DNA of 32,972 bases from contig JBDRQW010000012.1 of NCBI GenBank assembly GCA_043826085.1, positions 1 through 32,972 of the forward strand. The letters are read 5' to 3'. This document shows, piece after piece, positions 1 to 12,720 of this stretch. Numbering within the stretch: the stretch's first letter is position 1; every line of letters begins with the position of its first letter. Under the pieces are notes generated by a model. It worked only from the letters and a program-made list of their open reading frames with translations, was not told the DNA's origin and did not search any database. The translations under genes were made by a program, and so were the position numbers. Source of the stretch: Candidatus Beckwithbacteria bacterium (GTDB lineage Bacteria; Patescibacteriota; Microgenomatia; UBA1400; CG1-02-47-37).

Positions 1-342
1 AATGATCTTGACCAACTTCTTAGTCAAGCCATCAAAGAAAAAATTCCTTCCAATTTTGAAGTTAGTCAAAATAGCGAAGTTGAAGTAGCCCCGGCTACTT
101 TAAATAAAGACAACACTGCCACTATTGAAGTTGCTTTCAAGGCAAAACTAATTCCAAAGATTGATTTTACTGACATCAAAAATAACCTAAAAGGAAAGTA
201 TCCAAACATTATCCAAGATTATTTAGCCACTTTACCAAGTTTTATCAAAGCCGATATTATTATTACTCCAAACTTGCCGGAGAAACTGAAAACCCTACCT
301 CGTATCACCAAAAATATTTTAATCGAACTCAAAATAAAATAA
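1..342 (+). CDS. 3' end of a conserved CPR protein (probably the 'baseplate J/gp47-like' family usually found upstream of ruvX-mltG); partial
   Basis: Frame 1 is open from base 1 to TAA at 340-342 (...ADIIITPNLPEKLKTLPRITKNILIELKIK*). The family call is from recalled gene context and C-terminal pattern only. Confidence 0.55.
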   Translation, partial: NDLDQLLSQAIKEKIPSNFEVSQNSEVEVAPATLNKDNTATIEVAFKAKLIPKIDFTDIKNNLKGKYPNIIQDYLATLPSFIKADIIITPNLPEKLKTLPRITKNILIELKIK

Positions 343-350
343 TCTAAAAT

Positions 351-1148
351 ATGAGTGTTGTCTATATTAAAGCCCCGATTCCAGATCCAAGAGTAACTGC
401 TCAAAATCAAAAACGCCTTCTTTTTTTCTTTAATTTAAAAAAATTAATTCCCACCATCATGATCACCGTTGGCGCTTCCCTTCTAATTTCTGTCGGCTAC
501 CCAATTGTTTCTTACGAACTAACCTTAACAAAAGATACCAAACGAACTCGATTTATCAGTCCGGTTCCAAAAGAATCTATTGCAGAATCAAAAGGTATAT
601 TAAGCCCAACCTCTCCTAATAATCCTCAAGTTTTAGCAGTTCAAACCCAGAATCAAGGTGCAACCGTTAACTACTCAAATATCAATAGCTGGTTTAATTT
701 TTCAAAACCTCAAATTTTTCTTTCTCCATCAAGAATTACTCACTACACTATAAGCATTCCCAGATTAAAAATTAGTAACGCCACTGTCACTATTGGTGGC
801 GACGACCTTGACGCCAGCTTAATTCATTATGGTGGCACTGCTTATCCGGGAGAAGCCGGCAACTCAGTTATTTTTGGTCATTCTGTTTTGCCTCAGTTTT
901 ACAATCCAAACTCTTATCGTTCAATTTTTTCTTTAATTCCTACCTTAGATAATGGCGATGAAATCTTTATCAGTTACGACGGCATTTCTTATAAGTATAT
1001 AGTTTATGATTACTACGAAGTAGCTCCGGATGAAGTTGATATTTTAGAACAACGTTACAATCAAAAAGAATTAACTTTAGTTACTTGCACTCCTCCCGGA
1101 ACTTACTGGCGTCGTGGCATAATTAAAGCCAGACTAAAAGAGATATGA
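351..1148 (+). CDS. Sortase family transpeptidase
   Basis: N-terminal TM segment, GNSVIFGHS (catalytic His), LTLVTCTPPG (catalytic Cys) and a downstream Arg. Confidence 0.92.
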   Translation: MSVVYIKAPIPDPRVTAQNQKRLLFFFNLKKLIPTIMITVGASLLISVGYPIVSYELTLTKDTKRTRFISPVPKESIAESKGILSPTSPNNPQVLAVQTQNQGATVNYSNINSWFNFSKPQIFLSPSRITHYTISIPRLKISNATVTIGGDDLDASLIHYGGTAYPGEAGNSVIFGHSVLPQFYNPNSYRSIFSLIPTLDNGDEIFISYDGISYKYIVYDYYEVAPDEVDILEQRYNQKELTLVTCTPPGTYWRRGIIKARLKEI

Positions 1149-1534
1149 ATCACCTTGGCATTGATTTTGGTTTAAAAAACATTGGCTTAAGTTTGGCCGA
1201 AGGTCCTTTAGCCTCTCCCTTAACCCAGAATTTTTATACTTCAGATGAAAAGATGTTTCAGTTTCTACTTCAATTAATTAAAGAGCACGAAATTGAAGTT
1301 TTAGTTATCGGTATCTCTGAAGGAAAATTAGCCACAAAAATAAAAATATTTGGAACCAGACTTAGTCAACTAACCAACCTTCCCGTCCACTATCAAGACG
1401 AGACTTTATCCAGTTACGAAGCCAAAATTAAGATGATCCAAGCTCATGCTCCCCAAAAAAAACGAAGGCTTGATCACAAAATTGCCGCTACAATAATTCT
1501 TCAATCTTATCTTGATGACTTGACCAATCACTGA
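1145..1534 (+). CDS. ruvX: RuvX/YqgF pre-16S rRNA nuclease (Holliday junction resolvase-like)
   Basis: LGIDFGLKNIGLS, QDETLSS and DHKIAATIILQSYLD motifs. Confidence 0.9.
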   Translation: MNHLGIDFGLKNIGLSLAEGPLASPLTQNFYTSDEKMFQFLLQLIKEHEIEVLVIGISEGKLATKIKIFGTRLSQLTNLPVHYQDETLSSYEAKIKMIQAHAPQKKRRLDHKIAATIILQSYLDDLTNH

Positions 1535-1540
1535 TATGAT
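1512..1540 (+). promoter_or_regulatory. Putative sigma70 promoter for the 66-aa ORF and mltG
   Basis: TTGATG-17 bp-TATGAT with an upstream TG; AAGGAG RBS at 1563-1568. Confidence 0.45.
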
Positions 1541-1575
1541 AAACTTATTAATGATCATTATAAAGGAGACTATAT

Positions 1576-1776
1576 ATGTTTAAAAACGTTATTGCACCTG
1601 TCCAAGCTTGGTTGCTTTCTCGTGGTCAATGTGTTGGTTGTGGCCAATCTTTAAAAGATGGCAAATCAACAAAATTAAATAATCAAAGAGAAAAAATTTC
1701 ATGTAAGTGTGGTCGTATCTTTGTTTATGAGTTAAAAACCAAAAAGTATCGCCGAGCCTTATTTGAAGAAGTTTAA
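1576..1776 (+). CDS. Small zinc-ribbon-like hypothetical protein (66 aa)
   Basis: CVGC...CKCG motifs and a good RBS. Confidence 0.75.
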   Translation: MFKNVIAPVQAWLLSRGQCVGCGQSLKDGKSTKLNNQREKISCKCGRIFVYELKTKKYRRALFEEV

Positions 1777-1780
1777 AGCA

Positions 1781-2716
1781 ATGTTTAAAAAATTTATTTC
1801 CCTTGGATTATTATTTTTGACAATTATTTTAATTACATGTTTTACTTGGTATCAATGGGTGATCAGACCCATTAACCCAAAAATAATTGACCCTCAAGTT
1901 TTTGTTATTCCTCAAGGTCAAGCCACCGGTACTATTGCTAAACGCTTAAAACAAGCCAACCTAATCAAATCAGATATTGCTTTTAAATTGCTCGTAGATC
2001 AAAAAAACTACTCAAATAAACTTCAAGCCGGAGACTTTAGATTGACCCCATCTATGGATCTTGAAACCATTATTGAATCTCTAACTCACGGTAGTTTGGA
2101 TTATTGGATAACTTTCCCGGAAGGCTTAAGAGTCGAACAAATTGCTGAATTATTATCAGAAAAAACTTCCAATTTTTCAAAAACTGAATTTATTGTGGCC
2201 GGAAAACCTTACGAAGGTCGGCTTTTCCCGGATACCTATTTAATTCCTGAAACCGCCTCTACTCAAGATATTGTCAATCTTTTAGTTGATACCTTTAATC
2301 AAAAAAGTCCAACGCAAGACGAAACCTTAATTATTCTAGCTAGTTTAATTGAAAGAGAAGCTAAGCATCAAGAAGATAGGCCAATAGTAGCCAGTGTTCT
2401 ACATAATCGCCTTGACATTAACATGCCTCTTCAGATAGATGCCACCGTTCAATATGTCTTAGGTAAACAAGGGGAATGGTGGCCAAATAACTTAACTTTT
2501 GAAGATTTAAAAACTCTTTCTCCTTATAATACCTATCAAAATGCCAGTTTACCCCCTGGACCAATCGCTAACCCGGGTTTAAATGCTCTAAAAGCCGCTG
2601 TCAATCCAGATACCACTGATTATTTATATTATATCTCCGATGAAAACGGCTACAATCATTATGCCAAAAATTTAGAAGGTCACAATGCCAATATTAAAAA
2701 ATATCTTTCCCCTTGA
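1781..2716 (+). CDS. mltG: Endolytic transglycosylase MltG
   Basis: N-terminal TM; TFPEG, EGRLFPDTY, LASLIERE, LQIDATVQY, SPYNTY and LPPGPIANPG motifs. ATG 1781 is preferred over TTG 1763. Confidence 0.95.
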   Translation: MFKKFISLGLLFLTIILITCFTWYQWVIRPINPKIIDPQVFVIPQGQATGTIAKRLKQANLIKSDIAFKLLVDQKNYSNKLQAGDFRLTPSMDLETIIESLTHGSLDYWITFPEGLRVEQIAELLSEKTSNFSKTEFIVAGKPYEGRLFPDTYLIPETASTQDIVNLLVDTFNQKSPTQDETLIILASLIEREAKHQEDRPIVASVLHNRLDINMPLQIDATVQYVLGKQGEWWPNNLTFEDLKTLSPYNTYQNASLPPGPIANPGLNALKAAVNPDTTDYLYYISDENGYNHYAKNLEGHNANIKKYLSP

Positions 2717-2740
2717 CTTTCCCTAGTAATCTGTTAGTAT
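2713..2740 (+). promoter_or_regulatory. Putative rpoBC promoter
   Basis: TTGACT-16 bp-TAGTAT with extended -10 TG at 2732-2733. Confidence 0.55.
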
Positions 2741-2750
2741 ACTCTAATCG

Positions 2751-2774
2751 TAGCCTGTTATCAGGCTAGCTTTT
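2751..2774 (+). terminator. Hairpin with short T tract (mltG terminator or first leader hairpin of rpoB)
   Basis: TAGCCTG-TTAT-CAGGCTA followed by GCTTTT. Confidence 0.4.
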
Positions 2775-2878
2775 GTTCGTCCATTTCTTAATTACACTTT
2801 TTATCAAAAAGTCATTAAAGGAAAAAAGTGATTTACATTTATAACCTTAACATTTTTATTTAGTTTTTAAATTCAAAC

Positions 2879-2912
2879 AAACGGGTTAGTCACCCGTTTT
2901 TTCTGTTTTTTT
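2879..2912 (+). terminator. Terminator/attenuator-like hairpin immediately upstream of rpoB
   Basis: AAACGGGT-TAGTC-ACCCGTTT followed by TTTCTGTTTTTTT. Confidence 0.6.
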
Positions 2913-2917
2913 AAGTC

Positions 2918-5900
2918 ATGTCAAAAAAATCTAAACGAATCAATTGGAAAACCCAACCAAAAAACCTTCCGGAGCTTGATCTCCTTAAGGTTCAAAAAGA
3001 ATCTTACCAATGGTTCATGTCCAAAGGTATCACTGAAGCTATTAAAAGTATTTCTCCAATTAACGATTTTACCGGTAAAAATTGGCAACTAGAATTTGAT
3101 GACCATTTAGTTGGGGTTTCCAAAAGATCTCCAGAAGTTGCTAAAGAAAAAGGTTTAACTTACGACGTACCCATAAGGGTTAAAGCCAAATTAACCAATC
3201 TTCAAACCGGAGAGACCACTAAGCAAGAAGTTTTTTTGGGTGACATTCCTCAAATGACTAATATTGGCACTTTTATTATCAACGGTATCGAAAGAGCAGT
3301 TGTAAGTCAACTCGTTCGTTCACCGGGAGTATTTTTTTCCGGCACCATGGACCCGTCCACCGGTCGCAATCTTTACCAAGCAGAATTAAGACCATTAAGA
3401 GGTTCGTGGCTTGAAATAAATATTTCTAGATACAATACCATCACCGTTAAAATCGACAAACACCGAAAAATATCAGCTACCACCCTTCTTCGAGCAATTC
3501 AACCAACTACAGACGAAGAAATTATCAACCTTTTTAAGGATGTAGATACCGATCAAAAACACCCTTTTATCTTTTCAACTCTAGAAAAAGATCCTACTAA
3601 AACCCACGAAGAAGCTTTAATCGAAATTTACCAAAAAATGAGACCTGGTGAGCCAGCAATTATCGAAAATGCCAAAGACCTACTTCATAAAATGTTTTTC
3701 GATCCTCGTCGCTACGATCTTGGTGACGTTGGCCGTTATAAACTTAACCGACGTTTAAAGTTAGATGTTCCCGCTGACACCAGCGTTCTGACAAGAGATG
3801 ACATCATTGCCTCTATAAAGTACCTAATTGCCCTTCAAAACGGTCAAGGTAAGGTCGACGACATCGACTCTCTTTCTAACCGAAGGGTAAGACGAGTGGG
3901 TGAGTTAGTTGCCACCACTTCTTTCAGACTTGGTTTACTACGATTAGAGAGGTCAATTAGAGAAAAAATGAGTCTTTCAAAGGCAGATATTGAAATTACA
4001 CCCAGCTTATTGGTTAATCCTCGACCGGTTATTGCCGCTGTTTCAGACTTTTTTAGAAGAAATCGCTTATCTACTATTCTAGATCAAACCAATCCTTTGG
4101 CTGAAATTGACAATTTAAGAAGACTTTCAGTTATGGGTCCAGGTGGAGTTACCAGGGAAAGAGCTAGTTTCTCCATGCGTGATATCAATGCTAGTCAGTA
4201 TGGTCGTATCTGTCCAGTTAGATCTCCAGAGGGACCTAACATCGGCCTAGTTACTTACCTTGCTCTATATGCTCGCGTTAATCCCTTTGGGTTTTTAGAA
4301 ACACCTTACAGAAAAGTAATCAAGGAAATCAAAGAGACAAAAACAAATATTAAAGTTACTGATGAAATTGTTTACTTGTCTTCAGATGAAGAAGAAAATC
4401 ACTACATTACTCACGCCGAAATTAATTTAGATAAAAATGGATACATAGTAGATCAATGGATTCCAGCTCGTTATCAAACAGAGTATATCGAAGTTAATAG
4501 TAAGCAAATTGAATTTGCTGATGTTGTTCCTCACCAAGTGGTTGGTACTTCAGCATCCTTAATTCCTTTTATAGCCCATGATGAAGCTAATCGTGCCCTC
4601 ATGGGCACACACATGCAATGTCAGGCAGTGCCTTTAGTTAAACCAGACTCTCCAATTGTTGGTACTGGAATGGAAAAAATAGTAGCTCAAGCCATGAATC
4701 GAGTTATTAAATCACTAACTTTTGGAATAGTAACTTACGTTGATTCAAAAGAGGTTATAATTAAATCATCTAGCAAAGATATTAAAAATATTACAGAAAC
4801 TCTTCCAAATTTTGTATCTATTTCCAAAAACGAACTTCATTATCAAATTTCCAAGTTTTTAAGAACCACTCAGTCTACTTGTTACTCTCAGACACCTTTA
4901 GTTTCTGTTGGAGATAAGGTAAAAGAGGGAGACTTAATTATTGATGGCCCTGCTTGTGACAATGGAGAGTTATCTTTAGGTCAAAATTTAATTATTGCTT
5001 ATATGAGTTTCGAAGGCTTGGATTATGAAGACGCTATTATTATTTCAGATCGTTTAGTTAAAGAAGACATTTTAACCTCCATAATGATAAACGAATACGA
5101 AGCTAAAGTAATGGATACCAAATTGGGAGCAGAAGAGCTAACCAGAGATATTCCCAATGTTGGTGAGACCGAGCTAGCTAATCTTGGAGAGGATGGTATT
5201 GTTGTTGTAGGTTCACAAGTAGAGCCAAACGATATTTTAATTGGTAAAATTGCCCCCAAAGGCGAAACTGAGCTTACCGCAGAAGAAAGATTACTAAGAG
5301 CTATCTTTGGAGAAAAAGCTCGTGAAGTCCGAGACACCTCCCTTAGAGTTCCTCACGGAGAAGCCGGTACTGTGATTAATATTAAAACTTTCGATCGCGA
5401 AAAAGGTGATGAACTTGACCCTGGAGTCATTAAAAAAGTAAAAGTTCAAGTTGCTCAAATGAGGAAAATCCTAACTGGAGATAAATTAGCCGGTCGCCAT
5501 GGAAACAAGGGAGTTATCTCAAAAATAATTCCAACAGCTGACATGCCCTACTTTGAAGATGGCACTCCGGTTGACATTATCATTTCTTCATTATCAGTTC
5601 TGGCTCGTATGAATTTAGGCCAACTTTTAGAAGCTCAGCTAGCTTGGGCTACAAAAAAATTAGGATATAAAGTTGCCCTTCCGGTTTTTGAGCATGTCAA
5701 AGAAGAAGTTGTTCAAAAAGAATTGGAAAAAGCCAATCTTCCCATAGACGGAAAAGTTAAGCTTTTTGATGGTCGTACCGGTGAAGCCTTCGAGGAGAAA
5801 GTTGCCGTTGGTGTTGCTTATATTCTTAAACTGATTCACATGGTCGAAGATAAAATCCACGCTCGTTCAACTGGTCCATATTCTCTAGTTACTCAACAAC

Positions 5901-6195
5901 CTTTAGGGGGTAAGGCTCAAATGGGAGGTCAGCGTTTAGGGGAAATGGAGGTTTGGGCTTTAGAAGCGCATCGGGCCGCTCACACTCTTCAAGAAATGTT
6001 AACCATAAAATCAGATGACGTTGTTGGTAGAGCCAAAGCCTTTGAAGCTATTGTTAAGAGCCTTGATATTCCCGAGGCCACTGTTCCAGAGTCTTTCAGG
6101 GTTTTAGTTAAAGAGTTAAACAGTTTAAGTTTAAATATCATTCCTGGAGCAGTTATTGATGACCTTAAAGAAGATGAAGATAATGATTTAGACAT

Positions 6196-6199
<4 letters not shown>
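2918..6199 (+). CDS. rpoB: RNA polymerase beta subunit
   Basis: [30 protein letters not shown] and [15 protein letters not shown] motifs. Confidence 0.99.
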
Positions 6200-9876
<3,677 letters not shown>

Positions 9877-9880
9877 TTAT

Positions 9881-10366
9881 ATGCCAACCATTAACCAACT
9901 TGTTAAAAACAAAAGAAGATCTAAGCCAAAAAGAATCAAGGCCACTGCTTTAAGAAAATCGCTTAATTTAATAACCAGAAGAATAACTCCCACCACCAAT
10001 CCCCAAAAAAGAGGTGTCTGCACTGTTGTTAAAACCATGACTCCGAAAAAACCAAATTCCGCACTTCGTAAAGTTGCCAGAGTCAGGTTAAGTAACAAAC
10101 AAGAAGTTACCGCTTATATTCCGGGAGAAGGTCATGATTTGGCCGAACACTCTATTGTTTTAGTTAGGGGAGGTCGTGTTAAAGATTTACCTGGTGTAAA
10201 ATACCATATTATTAGAGGAAAATATGACTCATCCGGAGTAGAAAATCGAAAATCTTCAAGATCAAAATATGGTACCAAATCAAGTGGTGTCGCTACAGTC
10301 GTTACAGGTTCATCTGCTGATAAGCCTACAGATGATAAACCGACAGAGGACAAGAAAGTAGAATAA
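9881..10366 (+). CDS. rpsL: 30S ribosomal protein S12 with C-terminal extension
   Basis: [18 protein letters not shown] and [10 protein letters not shown]. Confidence 0.99.
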   Translation: MPTINQLVKNKRRSKPKRIKATALRKSLNLITRRITPTTNPQKRGVCTVVKTMTPKKPNSALRKVARVRLSNKQEVTAYIPGEGHDLAEHSIVLVRGGRVKDLPGVKYHIIRGKYDSSGVENRKSSRSKYGTKSSGVATVVTGSSADKPTDDKPTEDKKVE

Positions 10367-10371
10367 TCATT

Positions 10372-10851
10372 ATGCCAAGAACAGGAAGAGTAAATAAACG
10401 AATTACCAAACCAGACCCGGTTTATGATAATAAATTGGTTGCTAAAATAATCAACAAAATTATGTATAGTGGCAAAAAATCAATTGCCCAAAAACATGTC
10501 TACCAAGCTCTAGATCTCGTCAAAGAACAAACCAAAGAAGATCCAATTATTGCCTTACGCCAAGCCATTGATAATGCCAAACCAACTATGGAAGTTAGAT
10601 CCAGAAGAGTTGGTGGTGCTTCCTATCAAGTTCCTATGCCTGTTAGGGGAGAAAGAAGAGAATCTTTGGCCATTCGTTGGATTATTGATGCCGCCAGAAA
10701 AAGACCAAACTCTCAATATCATCACTTTTACCAAAAACTGGCCGCTGAACTTACCGATGCCCTAAAAAATCAAGGTGGTGCAGTTGACAAAAAAACTCAA
10801 GCTCACAAAGTCGCCGAATCCAACAAAGCCTTCTCCCACTTCCGCTGGTAG
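10372..10851 (+). CDS. rpsG: 30S ribosomal protein S7
   Basis: SRRVGGASYQVP and NKAFSHFRW. Confidence 0.99.
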   Translation: MPRTGRVNKRITKPDPVYDNKLVAKIINKIMYSGKKSIAQKHVYQALDLVKEQTKEDPIIALRQAIDNAKPTMEVRSRRVGGASYQVPMPVRGERRESLAIRWIIDAARKRPNSQYHHFYQKLAAELTDALKNQGGAVDKKTQAHKVAESNKAFSHFRW

Positions 10852-10882
10852 TACCTTCAGGGAGACTCCCTGAAGGTACTAC
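10848..10882. repeat. Family A REP-like palindrome, copy 1 (downstream flank of the transposase; overlaps the rpsG stop)
   Basis: Perfect 35-nt palindrome GTAGTACCTTCAGGGAG-A-CTCCCTGAAGGTACTAC. Confidence 0.95.
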
Positions 10883-11074
10883 AATTCAAATATCCAAAAC
10901 CACATTCTTAATTCTAATTATATCACTTTCATCAGTTTCTTCAACAAAATTCTTATAAGAATTTCTCGAGTTAATTTTAGAAAAATAGCTTAATATTTCA
11001 TCAGTATTTACCCATGACTGTTTAAATAAACCCAAGTAATTTGCATAACTAGAGTACCTATAATCCTCTAAAAA

Positions 11075-11099
11075 ACCTTCAGGGAGTCTCCCTGAAGGT
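11075..11099. repeat. Family A palindrome, copy 2 (in-frame inside the transposase; PSGRLPEG)
   Basis: ACCTTCAGGGAG-T-CTCCCTGAAGGT. Confidence 0.95.
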
Positions 11100-11378
11100 G
11101 CAAGATCAGTAGGATTTCTATGAATATATTTTGATAAATAAATATATTGCTCTTCAGAAGTAATTTCAACAGCCTTATACGTTCCTTGAAATAATGGTCC
11201 AACTCTTTTATATTTCCGATTAAAATACATAGAATACTTAGTTGCCAAAGAGCGCATAAAATAATTCATTGACATTTCCTCTTTTTGGAAAATGAATAGA
11301 TGAAAATGGTTGGGCATTAAACAATAAGCCATCAATTTTATTGTTTCGGCATGGTTCTTCAACTGTCGAGATGGAGCT

Positions 11379-11403
11379 ACCTTCAGGGAGTCTCCCTGTA
11401 GGT
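11379..11403. repeat. Family A palindrome, copy 3 (in-frame inside the transposase; LQGDSLKV)
   Basis: ACCTTCAGGGAG-T-CTCCCTGTAGGT (one mismatch). Confidence 0.93.
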
Positions 11404-11573
11404 CGAGTGTCTTTGGTAAGGATAAATATAACTTTAAATATCCTAAAAAAGTTTTGTAATCATCAACGGTCTTAAAAATATCACCCTTTGCCACTCCACG
11501 ATTATATATATGATAATATGTATTTTCTTTGTATTCCTTCAACGAATTCTTTGGAGGCATAAATTTAGTATAC

Positions 11574-11598
11574 ACCTTCAGGGAGTCTCCCTGAAGGT
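11574..11598. repeat. Family A palindrome, copy 4 (upstream flank of the transposase)
   Basis: ACCTTCAGGGAG-T-CTCCCTGAAGGT. Confidence 0.95.
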
Positions 11599-11609
11599 TC
11601 AATATTATT

Positions 11610-11638
11610 TTGCTTTTCTCTCCAAGAAATATTAAACT
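11610..11638 (+). promoter_or_regulatory. Putative promoter giving a leaderless mRNA for the 11645 gene
   Basis: TTGCTT-17 bp-TAAACT ending 6 nt before the ATG. Confidence 0.5.
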
Positions 11639-11644
11639 TAGTTA

Positions 11645-12574
11645 ATGACAAACAATCCTTTACCGGAACCTGTTATTCCGTCTTCAGTTTTACCTCAATC
11701 AATTCCATCATTAACTTCTCAGGCTTCACCAATCCTTCCCCGGAAAAAATCCTTCAAATGGCTCACCGTTTTAATTATTCTTATCCTTCTCACCTCCACC
11801 GCCATCTTCGCCTACCAATACTTTCAACTAAAACAGATAACCCCTCAACCTCAAACCACCCCAACTCCCTTAACCATCATTAACCCTTCTCCCTCTCTCG
11901 ATCCGACCGCCGATTGGAAAACATATACTTCTTCAAAATATACATTTAAATACCCAAGTGAATGGATTGTGGATGAAAAATGTACAAAATTAGGACACCC
12001 CGCTAGTAATCCATGTGCATATTCATCTGATTATCATCCTATCACTAAAAAGATTGAGCCAGGGGAGGGCGGTATTGATACTGTAACTGAATACAACATT
12101 GGAACTCTCCTCAGTGTTGATTTAATAGATGACATTACTTACGACTCTGTTGGTTTTTGTTCACCAGGAGGCCCTTTGTCAATATATAATTGCCATGAAA
12201 AAATAATCAACGGAAATAGATATGTTACAAGAGAAATAGGAACTTATTTTTATAATACAACAGTCATTAATGTTTGGTTATTAATGGATAATAATGCAGT
12301 CGTAGATTTAAACTTTTTCTTTTCAAAAGCAAATAAAATCAATGACCTGAAAATTTTCGACCTCATCCTTTCCACCTTTAAGTTTATAGAATCATCTGAA
12401 AAAGAAGTCATTGGCATTCAAACTTCTGTATGTTGTTCATGCCCAACCAAAATTCCCCCATCTCTTCTTAACACAAGCGGCTGGGTTTTATATGAAAAAG
12501 GCAAAAATTACTCTATTTATTTACCAAAAATATGTGATAGAGTTGATTGTCAGCCTTGTCCCCCAACTTTATAG
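11645..12574 (+). CDS. Membrane-anchored hypothetical protein (Microgenomates PsbP-like 'WKTY...FDxILSTFKF' type) with a Cys-rich tail
   Basis: Pro-rich N-terminus, single TM helix, PT linker, DPTADWKTY and FDLILSTFKF motifs, C-terminal CCSC...C...CQPCPP. Confidence 0.75.
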   Translation: MTNNPLPEPVIPSSVLPQSIPSLTSQASPILPRKKSFKWLTVLIILILLTSTAIFAYQYFQLKQITPQPQTTPTPLTIINPSPSLDPTADWKTYTSSKYTFKYPSEWIVDEKCTKLGHPASNPCAYSSDYHPITKKIEPGEGGIDTVTEYNIGTLLSVDLIDDITYDSVGFCSPGGPLSIYNCHEKIINGNRYVTREIGTYFYNTTVINVWLLMDNNAVVDLNFFFSKANKINDLKIFDLILSTFKFIESSEKEVIGIQTSVCCSCPTKIPPSLLNTSGWVLYEKGKNYSIYLPKICDRVDCQPCPPTL

Positions 12575-12593
12575 ATAAAAAATTCACTTTTAC

Positions 12594-12617
12594 ACCTACA
12601 AGGATCATCCCTGTAGG
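12594..12617. repeat. Degenerate family A-like palindrome at the right edge of the rpsG-fusA insertion
   Basis: ACCTACAAGGAT-C-ATCCCTGTAGG; same stem length and the CCCTGTAGG arm of copy 3. Confidence 0.65.
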
Positions 12618-12621
12618 CCTC

Positions 12622-12650
12622 TAGACAAACAACCTTTTTTCTCATATAAT
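12622..12650 (+). promoter_or_regulatory. Putative sigma70 promoter for fusA
   Basis: TAGACA-17 bp-TATAAT. Confidence 0.7.
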
Positions 12651-12675
12651 ACCCCTATTAATTTATTAAACTATT

Positions 12676-12712
12676 TTCACAAAGCAGTCGCTTCTTGTGA
12701 AGCGATTTTTTT
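12676..12712 (+). promoter_or_regulatory. Attenuator-like fusA leader
   Basis: TCGCTTC-TTGT-GAAGCGA plus T7; competing pairing of TTCACAA (12676-12682) with TTGTGAA (12695-12701). Confidence 0.5.
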
Positions 12713-12720
12713 ATTGTTTT

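Larger units (their letters stand above)
10886..11560 (-). mobile_element. REP-associated tyrosine transposase (RAYT/TnpA-REP, Y1 HUH family), about 224 aa
   Basis: YHIYNRG, AYCLMPNHFHL (HUH), GPLFQG, YIHRNP (catalytic Tyr) and YRYSSY motifs; flanked by palindromes. ATG at 11560 is preferred because the longer TTG-start ORF only translates a repeat. Confidence 0.93.

Noticed and set aside
10848-11598. Family A repeats as a CRISPR array or as IS terminal inverted repeats
   Set aside because: Spacing is irregular (170-280 nt) and lies within a gene. There are no cas genes or target duplications, and the enzyme is HUH rather than DDE.
11561-11602. Longer RAYT N-terminus (MNLQGDSLKV...)
   Set aside because: It merely translates repeat copy 4. 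ATG 11560 fits the family start and a -10 box.
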